A stretch of DNA of 64,000 nucleotides from an uncultured Clostridia bacterium (GTDB lineage Bacteria; Bacillota; Clostridia; TANB77; CAG-465): positions 37,846 to 101,845 of the forward strand of contig CAKPAG010000004.1 of NCBI GenBank assembly GCA_934132895.1, read 5' to 3'. Shown piece by piece: positions 11,954 to 22,634 of this stretch. The notes below the pieces were generated by a model, which had not been told where the DNA came from, did no database searches, and worked only from the letters and a program-made list of their open reading frames with translations. Within the stretch, counting starts at the first letter, position 1. Each line of letters opens with the position of its first letter. The position numbers were made by a program, and so were the translations under genes.

Positions 11954-12136
11954 TTAAAGCATTGCGCTAAGATCTGTCTTTAGAGTTGTAAGCTCATTAC
12001 AAAGCTCATCTAAAGAACCTGTTACCTTAGCGTCATTTGTTAAAGTTTTGTAATATGCGATTTTATCGCAAATGTTTGTACTAGCTCCACATATGTGTCT
12101 AATATTTTGAATTTCTATCTGATTTAAACTATCCAT
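11954..12136 (-). CDS. Small sporulation-associated hypothetical protein
   Basis: 60 aa. Co-oriented between spoVAE and the CotF-like gene. May be DUF1657-like, but this is not certain. Confidence 0.35.
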   Translation of the reverse strand: MDSLNQIEIQNIRHICGASTNICDKIAYYKTLTNDAKVTGSLDELCNELTTLKTDLSAML

Positions 12137-12225
12137 AAAAAACCTCCTTTTAAATCATAAACATATTGTGTGTAAAGATAAGATATATATACTATATTTT
12201 TAAAAATATTAATTGCTAATTTTTG

Positions 12226-12591
12226 CTATTTTGCAGTGGGTTTAGCAAATAATGATGCTAAAAAGCCAAATACTACAGCTGCAGCAATTCCAGCAGCACA
12301 GGATTTAACACCACCTATAAATATTCCTAAAAATCCCATTTTATCAACAGATTCCATAACACCTTTTCCTAAAGCATATCCAAAACCAGATATTGGAACG
12401 GTTGCACCCGCTTTACCAAATTCTACAATCGGTCCATATATTCCTATTGCTGTTAAAATTACACCCATTGTAACAAATATAACTAAAATTCTAGCAGGAG
12501 TAAGTTTGGTCTTATCTATCAATATTTGTCCTATACTACATATAATTCCACCTGTTAAAAATACTTTTAAAAGTTCACAAAAAACATCCAT
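12226..12591 (-). CDS. spoVAE: Stage V sporulation protein AE (SpoVAEb-type)
   Basis: 121 aa membrane protein. The LTGGIICSIGQILID motif is shared with SpoVAC/SpoVAEb. Confidence 0.85.
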   Translation of the reverse strand: MDVFCELLKVFLTGGIICSIGQILIDKTKLTPARILVIFVTMGVILTAIGIYGPIVEFGKAGATVPISGFGYALGKGVMESVDKMGFLGIFIGGVKSCAAGIAAAVVFGFLASLFAKPTAK

Positions 12592-12596
12592 TTTAA

Positions 12597-13613
12597 TTAC
12601 ACCTCATTTTCAATTGCAACTGCATGTGCTACACCTGGAATTGATTCTCCTTGTTGTATAGATAGCGGACTCATTAAAGCACCTGTTGCAACTATTAATA
12701 TTTTATTTATCTTTTTAGTTTTTAAAAGCTCAAATAAGTATCCACTAAATACGCTTGCCATACATCCACAACCGCTTCCACCGCAGTGTGTGTCTTGAGC
12801 TTCATGATCATAAATTAAAGCTCCACAATCAGCATGTATTCCTTGCAAATCAATTCCTTGATTTTGGAACTGTTCTACTAAAAGTTCAGATCCCAAAACT
12901 CCTAAATCTCCTGTTACTATCATGTCATAGTAATTTGCACTTCTTCCTGTATCTTTTAAGTGGGTAAGGATTGTGTTAAATGCTGCTGGCATCATTGCTG
13001 CTCCCATATTTGTCATATCTGTTATTCCTAGGTCAATAATTTTTCCAGGAGTAATATAAGTAATGTATGGAGAAGCTGGTCCGATATCCTTTGGTACAAC
13101 AATTGCACTTCCACTTGCTGTTACAGTACATTGTGCAGTTGGACTTTTTTGATTACCATGTTCTAAAGGCATTCTAAATTGTCTTTCAGCACTACAAAAA
13201 TGTGATGAAGTAGCAGCTATTACTTTTGTACCATAACCAGCATTTACAAAACTTGCAGCTAAACTTAAAGATTCACAAAAAGTAGAGCATGCACCATATA
13301 GTCCAAAAAATGGTATTCCCAAATCTCTTATACAATATCCAGAAGATATACATTGGTTAAGCAGATCACCTGCAAAGATGTAATCTATATTTTCTGCAGA
13401 TGTAGGAACTTTTGAAAGTAAATTTTCAATTGATGTTTTCATAAATTTACTTTCTGCCTTTTCAAAGCTTTTCTCTCCAAAAAATATATCATCTATATGC
13501 TTATCAAAATACTGACTTAAAGGTCCACTACTTTCTTTTGGACCTACAACACTTGATGTTTGCAAAATTTTTGGAGTATTTTCTAATTTTATTGTTTGTG
13601 CACCTAATTTCAT
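12597..13613 (-). CDS. spoVAD: Stage V sporulation protein AD
   Basis: 338 aa with strong overall identity to B. subtilis SpoVAD (thiolase-like fold; FAGDLLNQ, GACST, VATGALMSP motifs). Confidence 0.9.
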   Translation of the reverse strand: MKLGAQTIKLENTPKILQTSSVVGPKESSGPLSQYFDKHIDDIFFGEKSFEKAESKFMKTSIENLLSKVPTSAENIDYIFAGDLLNQCISSGYCIRDLGIPFFGLYGACSTFCESLSLAASFVNAGYGTKVIAATSSHFCSAERQFRMPLEHGNQKSPTAQCTVTASGSAIVVPKDIGPASPYITYITPGKIIDLGITDMTNMGAAMMPAAFNTILTHLKDTGRSANYYDMIVTGDLGVLGSELLVEQFQNQGIDLQGIHADCGALIYDHEAQDTHCGGSGCGCMASVFSGYLFELLKTKKINKILIVATGALMSPLSIQQGESIPGVAHAVAIENEV

Positions 13614-13623
13614 TTTGTACCTC

Positions 13624-14082
13624 CTACATAAATAGTTTTATTATCCAGTAGATAAATCCAATAATTACTGAACTTGTTATACCGTATACAAGAACTGGAC
13701 CGGCTACTTTAAACATATTTGCTCCTAGCCCTAGTACATATCCTTCAGTTTTAAATTCTATTGCGGGAGCCACTATAGAGTTTGAAAAACCTGTTATTGG
13801 AATTATAGAGCCAGCACCTGCGTGTTGCCCTATTTTGGCATATACATTAATAGCTGTTAAAAATGCTCCTATAAATATTAAAGAAATTGTACAAACTGTT
13901 GTAGCATCATCTTTTGAAAGTCCAAAACTTAAAAATAAATTGGTTATTAGTTGACCTATTACGCAAATAAAACCACCTACTAAGAAAGCCCAAATTAAAT
14001 TTTTTACAATAGGACTTTTTTTAGCTTTACTTTCAACATAAGCTGAATATTCTTCATTTGTCATGTTTATATTTTCATTCAT
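13624..14082 (-). CDS. spoVAC: Stage V sporulation protein AC
   Basis: KNLIWAFLVGGFICVIGQ motif. Start set at MNENINM, after RBS AGGTG. The track extension is rejected. Confidence 0.85.
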   Translation of the reverse strand: MNENINMTNEEYSAYVESKAKKSPIVKNLIWAFLVGGFICVIGQLITNLFLSFGLSKDDATTVCTISLIFIGAFLTAINVYAKIGQHAGAGSIIPITGFSNSIVAPAIEFKTEGYVLGLGANMFKVAGPVLVYGITSSVIIGFIYWIIKLFM

Positions 14083-14371
14083 AAAATCACCTACTTTAGT
14101 ATTATCTGTAAAAAAAATAATGATATGCAAATATTCTTTAAAAAATTTGAAATTCTTTAATATTATTCAACATTTACTAAAATAGTGATGTATTTTTAAT
14201 TGAAATTTTCTCACATTTTTTTGCAAATTTTGTAATATAATGAAAATGAAAAAAAATTGAAAAAAATTACCAAACTGACACGGAAATTTTGGCAAAAATG
14301 TAGTAAACTTGGATCTTTTATGATAAAATTAAAAACATAGAAAAATCAAAAAAATGAAAGGAGAAAAAATA

Positions 14372-15691
14372 ATGAAAAAGCAAAAAGCATTACATGTGTT
14401 ATTTATATTTGGTTTGGTACTTAGTTTAGTATTTAGTTTGAATATAAATAAAGTTTATGCAAGTCAAAAAAATGAAGTTACATTAAATTTTAAAGGTGGA
14501 ACAATTCATGATGGCTATGTAGAATATAGCAAGAAAGCAAAATTACAATTATTCAAAGGTGATGAGTTGGTTACTAATATTTCAAATAATATGGTAATTG
14601 ATTTAAACGAGGCAGAGTACAAGTTTGTAATTGAAGAAATTGAAGATGAAAGTGTTTCTGGAGCTAATACACCCATAAAATTAAATATTAATAATTGGTA
14701 TTATCCTATTACTACATCAATATTAGAGGAAACTAAATCTACATTTAAGTTAGAATCAAGCAAATTTAGTGGAACATTAGATGTTAAATTTGTAAGAACA
14801 ATAACAGCTATTAATACAAAGGTTGAAAATGTTTATGATGATATAATATCAAAAGGTGTAATAGATTTGACTGATGGAAAAGAATATGTAATTGATTTTT
14901 CTAAAAATGATGAGTTAACAGAAGGATTAAAATCATTTGCAGATTTAGATAAAACACTATATTACAAAAGAGACAATGAAGGTCTATTAGCAACAGACAA
15001 TGAAAGTGAAGCAATTTTTAAAATTGTTGGAAATGTTGATGAAATGAAAGCGACACTTGAATTACTTAATACAAATGGTAAAAAAGAAGAAAACTTTAAA
15101 GGAGTTCATACTCAATATACAGGTTCTGCTTTAGAATATGATGGAACTATTGCAGGAGTAATAAATGAAACAAGAACAGATTACTATACTATGTGTTCAT
15201 ATAACTTTGTATTTAAGTATAAAAATGATAGTGCAAAAGAACAAATTCCAGAAGAGAAAAATACATATAAATTTATTGAAGGGGCAAATCAAGTATATAC
15301 ATTTGGTGAGTCTGACAATGCAACATTTAGAATAGATGCAGAATATAGCTTATTTGAAGGTAAAGTATATGTAGATGGCACATTATTAGATAATACAAAT
15401 TATGATTCAAAGTCAGGAAGTACAATTATTATCTTAAAAAATGAATATTTAAAAACTTTATCTACTGGTAAACATACATTAAAAGTGTTATTTGCAGGTG
15501 GAAAAGAAACAGTAACAGAATTTGAAATAAATCAAAAACAAGAAAATGTTACTAATACGAATAGTATTTCAAACCCACAAACTGGAGATGAAGTTATAAC
15601 ATATTTTGTATTTTTAGCAATTTCTGCAATTGGAATTATTACTATAGCAGCAATTAATTCCAAAAAAAGTAAAAATGAAAATAAATTTTAG
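14372..15691 (+). CDS. Cell-surface protein with a C-terminal sortase-B-type sorting signal (NPQTG + hydrophobic segment + basic tail)
   Basis: Signal peptide MKKQKALHVLFIFGLVLSLVFS. The C-terminus is ...SNPQTGDEVITYFVFLAISAIGIITIAAINSKKSKNENKF. Start at the ATG at 14372 after AAAGGAG. Confidence 0.6.
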   Translation: MKKQKALHVLFIFGLVLSLVFSLNINKVYASQKNEVTLNFKGGTIHDGYVEYSKKAKLQLFKGDELVTNISNNMVIDLNEAEYKFVIEEIEDESVSGANTPIKLNINNWYYPITTSILEETKSTFKLESSKFSGTLDVKFVRTITAINTKVENVYDDIISKGVIDLTDGKEYVIDFSKNDELTEGLKSFADLDKTLYYKRDNEGLLATDNESEAIFKIVGNVDEMKATLELLNTNGKKEENFKGVHTQYTGSALEYDGTIAGVINETRTDYYTMCSYNFVFKYKNDSAKEQIPEEKNTYKFIEGANQVYTFGESDNATFRIDAEYSLFEGKVYVDGTLLDNTNYDSKSGSTIIILKNEYLKTLSTGKHTLKVLFAGGKETVTEFEINQKQENVTNTNSISNPQTGDEVITYFVFLAISAIGIITIAAINSKKSKNENKF

Positions 15692-15700
15692 GAGGAAAAA

Positions 15701-17197
15701 ATGAAAAGTAAAAAAATATTAACTTTTGTAGCAATTATTTTAGCTGGTATATGTTTGTTTTGTTTTTCAAACAGAGTGAATGCCGCAACAATTAGTGATG
15801 ATGGAAAATATTCATTAGTATTAACTGCTAATGAAGCAACTGCTTGTTTTGAAGGTGAATATTGTAGAATTGTAAGATTTAATGTTGCCGAAGGAGAAAC
15901 AACAGTTAAATTATCTGAATTAACAAAAGGAATTACTCCTTTCAATGGTAAAACTGAATTTTCACATTGGGAAATGGCAGAAAATACAAAAGCTAGTGAA
16001 GATTTAGAAGTATCACTCTTTACTGGTAATGGTAACTTTTATAAGTCAACAGGTGAAGAAGTTAAATATACTAATGGATTAACTCTTAGTGCTAAATTTT
16101 CAGATAAAGAATTAAAGAATGGTGACAAATACTATGTGACTTTTGATGCATTTGCGGGTACAATAAATGGTAAAGCAAATTTAACATTGGAAAGTAAAAT
16201 AACAGAATTTCAAACAATTGATTTGACAAAATATGTTCCAGTAAGAAAAGGTTATACTTTTAAAGGTTGGGATTTAGATGGAAAAATTGTTACTTCTATT
16301 AATTCAAGTTCTTTTGCAAAAGACGTTGCAATTGATTTAACTGCTACATATACTAAAGATACTTTTGTCGGAGATGATAGAGTATTAATATTAAATGCAA
16401 ATGGTGGAACTATTGATGGAAAAACATCTAATAAATATGACTATTTAGGTGGTGGCAATTCAGGAACTTCTATGTCACTTTTACCATATGTTCCTGTAAG
16501 AGAAGGATACACATTTACTGGATGGAACACAAAAAAAGATGGAAGTGGAAAAAACTATGTATATATCTATTGGAGACAATGGGATAATGATGGCTCAACA
16601 AATGTTGAAAAAGATACAATAATACAAAATGCACTTGGAGCTCAGTATTATCAAAATGTTACTTTATATGCTTCTTGGACTAAAAATTCTGGAGAACCAG
16701 AACAACCTATAAAAGACACAGTAAAAGAAATTCAAAGTACAGGTGAAACAAAAGCAAAAATAGAATTTGCAGATGAAGTTAGTAAAGATTACAAACTAGA
16801 TATTAAACCTGTAGAAGTTAAAAAAGAGTTAACAGACAAAAGTGTTAAATATATAGTTGATATAAATGTGTTAGAAAACGACCAGGTAATTAAAATTAGT
16901 GATACTAAAATGAAAATTAGAATAGCTTTACCAGAAGAATTAAAAGGATATAATCAATATGAAGTAGTGTATATATCAAATGATGAAATAAAAGAAACAA
17001 TACCTGCTATCATAGAAGATGGTTATATAGTATTTGAAACATCTCATTTAAGTCAATATGGAATAGTAGCAAGAAACGTAGTTAATAATCCAAACACATC
17101 AGATAATATTATAACAAGTATTGTTCTGTTTGTAATCTCTATAGCAGCTACCGGCTCACTAGTAATAATTAATAGAAAAAAACAACTAAGTAAATAA
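15701..17197 (+). CDS. Cell-surface protein with Listeria-Bacteroides (flg_new-type) repeat domains and a C-terminal NPNTS sorting-signal-like anchor
   Basis: Signal peptide. GYTFKGWDLDGKIV and GYTFTGWNTKKDGSGKNY are hallmarks of PF09479 repeats. The C-terminus is NNPNTSDN + hydrophobic segment + NRKKQLSK. Confidence 0.65.
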   Translation: MKSKKILTFVAIILAGICLFCFSNRVNAATISDDGKYSLVLTANEATACFEGEYCRIVRFNVAEGETTVKLSELTKGITPFNGKTEFSHWEMAENTKASEDLEVSLFTGNGNFYKSTGEEVKYTNGLTLSAKFSDKELKNGDKYYVTFDAFAGTINGKANLTLESKITEFQTIDLTKYVPVRKGYTFKGWDLDGKIVTSINSSSFAKDVAIDLTATYTKDTFVGDDRVLILNANGGTIDGKTSNKYDYLGGGNSGTSMSLLPYVPVREGYTFTGWNTKKDGSGKNYVYIYWRQWDNDGSTNVEKDTIIQNALGAQYYQNVTLYASWTKNSGEPEQPIKDTVKEIQSTGETKAKIEFADEVSKDYKLDIKPVEVKKELTDKSVKYIVDINVLENDQVIKISDTKMKIRIALPEELKGYNQYEVVYISNDEIKETIPAIIEDGYIVFETSHLSQYGIVARNVVNNPNTSDNIITSIVLFVISIAATGSLVIINRKKQLSK

Positions 17198-17204
17198 AAA
17201 ATAT

Positions 17205-17237
17205 AAAGACTGTTAGTAAAATTCTAGCAGTCTTTTT
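17205..17237 (+). terminator. Rho-independent terminator after the surface-protein operon
   Basis: AAAGACTG ... CAGTCTTTTT. Confidence 0.55.
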
Positions 17238-17361
17238 CAATAGTTAAATTATACTAATTAAAAGTATTAGGATTGCATAAAATATTGATTTTTAAGTTAT
17301 GTCATGTTATAATTATACAAAAATAATGTAACCGAAAAATAATTTTAAAGGAGAGATTAAA

Positions 17362-18144
17362 ATGTTATTTTTAAAGATTTTATTTGGTATAGGCATAATA
17401 GCAACATTGATACTTGCATGCAAATTTTACTTATTTGGAGATTATGACTATTATGATGATTTGGGGAATAATATATTAACAAATGTTTTATACGCTATAT
17501 CAGTTAACTTATTTTTGGGAATAATCTCAGGCTATTGGTGTTACATTTGCTTTTCTAACCCGGAAGCATCAGTGTTAAAAAAGGTAATTGTTACTATTAT
17601 TCCAATAGTGTTTATGGTTGTAGTACATTTTTTTCTGTTGGGAGAGGAAATACTAGAAATTCCTGGATGTATTATATATTTTGTTTTATTCGTGTCTCTT
17701 ACTGCTGTATTTGTTAATTATATTAATAGCTATAATAAAAATGTAGAAGTATTAACCGAAACAGAGGTAGTTGATACTACGGACTTGCAGCTCATTGCAT
17801 TTAATAATTATATTATTCCAAATGTTTCTGGTGATGTTTCAGGAACAGCAATTCTTGGAAGTGGTAATGTAAATGGAAATATATCTACATCAGCCGAAGG
17901 TGTTGTATCATTTTGGTATGAAGATGAAAATAATGAGGGGACTTTTGAACAAGTAGATGCTTCAAATTCAAAAATTAAGTTCATTGACGATAATGAAAAA
18001 GCTCATGTTGAAGTTACTTCATGTATATCTAAAAAGGTGAAAAAAGACCATAACAATAACAAGGAAAAAGTGCTAAGTAAGAAAGAATATAAAGAGTATA
18101 AATTTTATTTGCCTAACAGTCTAAAAAACTATACTTTGAAATAG
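17362..18144 (+). CDS. Hypothetical membrane protein (about 4 TM plus a soluble C-terminal domain)
   Basis: 260 aa, N-terminal hydrophobic helices. No recognised family. Confidence 0.45.
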   Translation: MLFLKILFGIGIIATLILACKFYLFGDYDYYDDLGNNILTNVLYAISVNLFLGIISGYWCYICFSNPEASVLKKVIVTIIPIVFMVVVHFFLLGEEILEIPGCIIYFVLFVSLTAVFVNYINSYNKNVEVLTETEVVDTTDLQLIAFNNYIIPNVSGDVSGTAILGSGNVNGNISTSAEGVVSFWYEDENNEGTFEQVDASNSKIKFIDDNEKAHVEVTSCISKKVKKDHNNNKEKVLSKKEYKEYKFYLPNSLKNYTLK

Positions 18145-18160
18145 TAAAGTATGAAATGAG

Positions 18161-18204
18161 AAAAAGTAACAGTAGTATTTAATATGTACTATTGTTACTT
18201 TTTT
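18161..18204 (+). terminator. Rho-independent terminator
   Basis: AAAAAGTAACAGTAGTA ... TACTATTGTTACTTTTTT. Confidence 0.6.
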
Positions 18205-18347
18205 GTATATTTTGGCTTTTGTAATTATTCATATAGTAAAATGTTACATATTAATTAAATTATTCAAAAAATATTGAATTCTTAAAATAATTTTGGTATA
18301 ATGATGATATCATAAACAAAATGTAGTAATAGTGGAGGTAATATTAA

Positions 18348-18767
18348 ATGGAGAATGAAAAGAAGTTTAGTAATGAGATGTTTGGGTATGATAAACAAGA
18401 GGTTGAAGACTACATTAAAGATTTAAAAGCACAGTATGAAAGTAAACTTCAATCAGAACGTTCTGATTCAAATAGAGTAGCAAATGAACTTACCATTGTA
18501 AAAAAGAAATTAGAAAGGTATGAAGTAGAATATATACAAAAGCAAGAAAAAGTAGCTAATGCCCTTATTACTGCTGAAGATCAAGCTAAAAAAATAGTTG
18601 AAACTGCTAGACAAGAAGCAATGCAGGAAAAAGATAGAATTGAACATGTAATAGAAATGGAAAAAGAAAAATTATTAGATATTAAAAAAGAAATATTAGA
18701 TTTAAAAGAGAAAACTGTAAAATTACTAGAAAAATATAGCGAGGATATGAATAGTTTACTTGATTAG
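18348..18767 (+). CDS. DivIVA-domain protein
   Basis: N-terminal FGYDKQEVEDYIKDL is the DivIVA signature, followed by coiled coil. 139 aa. Confidence 0.65.
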   Translation: MENEKKFSNEMFGYDKQEVEDYIKDLKAQYESKLQSERSDSNRVANELTIVKKKLERYEVEYIQKQEKVANALITAEDQAKKIVETARQEAMQEKDRIEHVIEMEKEKLLDIKKEILDLKEKTVKLLEKYSEDMNSLLD

Positions 18768-18816
18768 TCATAATAACAAAATGGACGTAATAAAATAAAA
18801 CGAAAGGTGATGTTTT

Positions 18817-19965
18817 ATGAAAATTACGGCCACTTTTTTTGGAGAAAAAAAAGAAAGCCTATTAAATATAGAAAAAAGCAGTAAAAAGTTGTTAAATAAT
18901 ATATCAATATATATATACATTGTTTTTGGAATATTTAGCATAAGCTTTTTTGCTAAATATATTAGTATTTCTCCTAAGATTTTAAACTTTGCAACTAATT
19001 TTAGACAAGCAGATAAGAAAGAATTTGAATTAGCAGATGTATTGAACATTTATAGCGTATATAACAAAGACAATTATATATTAGCAGAAAATCAGATTTT
19101 GGAAAAAGCAGAAGAAGAAAAAAATCCTTTGCAAAATTCTTTAGAAATAATAGATGGTGAGGCAAATGAAAAAACTGAAGAAGAAGTATTTGGAATAAAA
19201 AAGCCAGAAGCTACTATAACTAAAGAAAATGATACTCTTCAAAGGGTTACTCTTGGCACAATGAATATACTAAATTATTCTTCTAAAAGAGATTTTAATT
19301 TTTCAGAACTTGGAACATCAAGCATAACTTTTACTAAAAAAACAGATAAGATTTTGTTATATAACACACATACATCTGAGTCATACACAAATAGTGAAAA
19401 TTACAAATTTGAGTATACTGGTACAATGAGAACAACGGATGCAAACTACAATATGCTTTCTATTGCTAAAGAATTAAAAAATAATTTGAATGAAAAAGGT
19501 TTTGAATGCACTCACGATACCACTCCACATGATTATGGAACATATACAAGTTCTTATGCAAGATCTAGAATAACTGTAAAAAATGCTTTGCAAAATATGG
19601 GAGGAGCCTCTATCTCAATTGATGTTCATAGAGATGCTGTAGCTGATTTAACATATGCACCGTCTACGGAAATAAAAGGGATAAAGGTGGCACAACTTAT
19701 GTTTGTTATGGGTGTTGGAAGCGATACAACCAAAAATCCTATAGCGGAAGATAATTTAAGATTAGCACTTAAAATTCAACAAATAGCAGATAAAGTATAT
19801 CCAGGACTATTTAAGCCGATGATAATAAGGAATTCTGTATATAACCAGGACTTAAATAAATATTCATTGTTAGTGGAAGTGGGAGCAACAGGAAATACGA
19901 TAGAGGAAGCAAAACTTGCTACTAGATGTCTTGCAAATTTATTAAATATAGTGTATAAAGATTGA
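18817..19965 (+). CDS. spoIIP: Stage II sporulation protein P (SpoIIP)
   Basis: 382 aa with an N-terminal TM segment. LLYNTHTSESY, SIDVHRDAV and LLVEVGATGNTIEEA motifs match the SpoIIP amidase/peptidase family. Confidence 0.8.
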   Translation: MKITATFFGEKKESLLNIEKSSKKLLNNISIYIYIVFGIFSISFFAKYISISPKILNFATNFRQADKKEFELADVLNIYSVYNKDNYILAENQILEKAEEEKNPLQNSLEIIDGEANEKTEEEVFGIKKPEATITKENDTLQRVTLGTMNILNYSSKRDFNFSELGTSSITFTKKTDKILLYNTHTSESYTNSENYKFEYTGTMRTTDANYNMLSIAKELKNNLNEKGFECTHDTTPHDYGTYTSSYARSRITVKNALQNMGGASISIDVHRDAVADLTYAPSTEIKGIKVAQLMFVMGVGSDTTKNPIAEDNLRLALKIQQIADKVYPGLFKPMIIRNSVYNQDLNKYSLLVEVGATGNTIEEAKLATRCLANLLNIVYKD

Positions 19966-20023
19966 TATAACTTGAAATATGTGGTATAATGACAAACTGT
20001 AATGTGAAAGGAAAGGTCTTCAT

Positions 20024-22007
20024 ATGGCAAATAAATTAGTAATTGTTGAGTCACCTTCAAAAGCAAAAACAATAAAAAAATATTTGGGAAGTGATTATGA
20101 AGTAATTGCATCACAAGGTCATGTAATAGACTTGCCAGCAAGTAGAATGGCTGTTGATGTAGAACATAACTTTAAACCAGAATATATAACTATGAAGGGA
20201 AAAGCAAAGATAATAAATGAAATAAAAAAACAAGCAAAAGGAAAAGAAAAAATATATCTTGCAACCGACCCCGACCGTGAGGGAGAAGCAATAGCTTGGC
20301 ATTTAAAAAATGTGCTAAATATTCCAGATGATGAAAAGTGTAGAATTACTTTTAATGAAATAACTAAAACAGCAGTTAAAAAAGCTGTTAAAGAGGCAAG
20401 GAACATTGATGAATCATTAGTAGAAGCACAACAAGCAAGAAGAATTTTAGATAGAATAGTGGGATATAAATTATCACCTTTGCTTTGGAAAAAAATAAAA
20501 AAAGGACTTAGTGCAGGGCGTGTTCAATCTGTTGCATTAAAAATAATAGTGGATAGAGAAAAAGAAATAAGAGCATTTAAACCTGAAGAGTATTGGTTGC
20601 TTTCTGCTAAATTGGATAAACAAAATCAAGAGGTTATTGCTAAGTTTTACGGTGATAAAAGTGGAAAAATAGATTTAAAAAATAAAGAGCAAGTGGAAAA
20701 TATTGTATCAAAAATAGAAAATAAAGATTATATAGTAGAAGATATTAAAAAAAGTGAAAGAAAGAAAAATCCGCCACCACCATTTACAACATCTTCTTTG
20801 CAACAAGATGCAGCAAGAAAATTAGGTTTTACTGTTAAAAAAACAATGATGGTTGCTCAAAGACTTTATGAATCAGGATATATAACATATATGAGAACTG
20901 ACTCTACTAGGATTTCTGATGATGCAAGAAAAATGGCAGCTGAATATATAAAATCAACATTTGGCGATAAGTATTATTTAAATAGAGTATTTAAAACTAA
21001 AGATACTGCTCAAGATGCACACGAAGCTATAAGGCCTAGTAATTTGAGTAATAAGGATGAAGTTTTAAATAGTACAAGTAAAGATGAACAAAAATTATAT
21101 ACGTTAATATTAAATAGATTTCTAGCAAGTCAAATGGCAGTGGCAGTATATGATACTACTAAAGTAACACTGAATGTTAATAATTACATATTTAATATTA
21201 ATGGTAGCGTTATAAAATTCGATGGATATATGAAATTATATATCGAGTCTAAAGACGAAAAAAATAAAGAAAACGATGATAATAAAATACTACCAGAGTT
21301 TAGTATAGGAGAAGTGTTAATTCGGTAAAGAATTAATAAAAGAGCAAAAATTTACTGAACCTCCTGCAAGATATACAGAAGCAAGTTTAGTAAAAGTAAT
21401 GGAAGAAAAAGGAATAGGGAGACCAAGTACATATGCTCCAACTATTTCAACTATAATAGATAGATTATATATTGAAAGACACGAAAAACACTTAGTACCA
21501 ACTGAACTTGGTGAGATAGTTAATACCTTAATGGAAAATAATTTTAAAGATATAGTTGATGTTGGTTTTACAGCTGATATGGAACATAAACTTGATATGG
21601 TAGCTGAAAACAAAGAAAATTATATTGAAATGCTAGATGAATTCTATAAACCATTTATAAAAAATCTAACAGAAGTTGAAGATAAGATAAAAAAAGTGGA
21701 AATACCTGATGAAGTATCAGATGAGGTATGTGAACTTTGTGGCAGAAATATGGTTATAAAACAAGGAAGATTTGGAAAATTTTTAGCATGTCCTGGATAT
21801 CCAGAATGTAAAAATGCCAAACCAATTATTCAAACAATTGATGTACCATGTCCAAATTGTGGTGGAAAGATTTTAGTAAAGAAGACTAAAACTAAAAGAA
21901 CTTTTTATGTTTGTGAAAATAACACAAATAAAGAAGATAGTAAGTGTGATTATATTTCTTGGACTAAGCCTAAGAAAGGAAAATCTACTAAAAAGGAAAG
22001 TAAATAA
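20024..22007 (+). CDS. topA: DNA topoisomerase I, reading frame interrupted by a single-base frameshift near 21318-21328
   Basis: The N-terminal 434 aa (Toprim, GYITYMRTDS active-site region) end at 21328. The frame +1 continues from 21321 as FGKELIKEQKFTEPPARYTEASLVKVMEEKGIGRPSTYAP... through Zn ribbons to 22007. Removing one T in TTAATTCGG restores a single protein of about 690 aa. Confidence 0.85.
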
Positions 22008-22013
22008 GTATTA

Positions 22014-22042
22014 AATAACCGGGTATATTACCTGGTTATTTC
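22014..22042 (+). terminator. Rho-independent terminator after topA
   Basis: AAATAACCGGGTA ... TACCTGGTTATTT. Confidence 0.55.
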
Positions 22043-22264
22043 TCGTAAAAAATAATTGAGTTTGAAAGGATGGAAATGTTATGGATTTAAGAATTAAGAC
22101 CTAGCAATATTAAAGATATGTTAATAAATAAAAAGTATATTAATGGTTTAATACATATTGTAAATAAATCAAAGTAATGAAATAGTATATATTTAAAAAT
22201 ATAATAAGAAAAAAGAAATAAGAAAAATATTAAATCTTCTTATTTCTTTTTGGTGGAAGTTATT

Positions 22265-22618
22265 TTATCCTAATATAGAAATGGCATGCTTAATCATATT
22301 AGAAATATAGCTTGAAACTGTTTCATCAGATTGAATCATTAAATCCTTATTAGCTATTATGTCGAAAATTTTGTCACAATATTTGTGCGTAATTCTTTTT
22401 CTAGGCGAAATATCTTTAATTAAAGGATAAATATCAAAATTTTTTACTTTGTTAGAGGAAAGTAAAACTTTAATAATCATCTGAGGCCTTTTTCCTTTTT
22501 TTAAAGAAAGTGCATTGCTATTAGAAGCTATTAATTCTATTTTTGATTTTGTAATATTGGTTATGTCATATGGAGTGTAGTAATATCCTGTAATTATAGC
22601 TTTTATATCTTCATACAT
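22265..22618 (-). CDS. Hypothetical small protein, paralog B of a tandem pair
   Basis: 117 aa. Shares DIY.IIKD...R.RIT.KYC..IF with the adjacent upstream gene. Confidence 0.5.
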   Translation of the reverse strand: MYEDIKAIITGYYYTPYDITNITKSKIELIASNSNALSLKKGKRPQMIIKVLLSSNKVKNFDIYPLIKDISPRKRITHKYCDKIFDIIANKDLMIQSDETVSSYISNMIKHAISILG

Positions 22619-22634
22619 AATTTTAATCCTCCTT

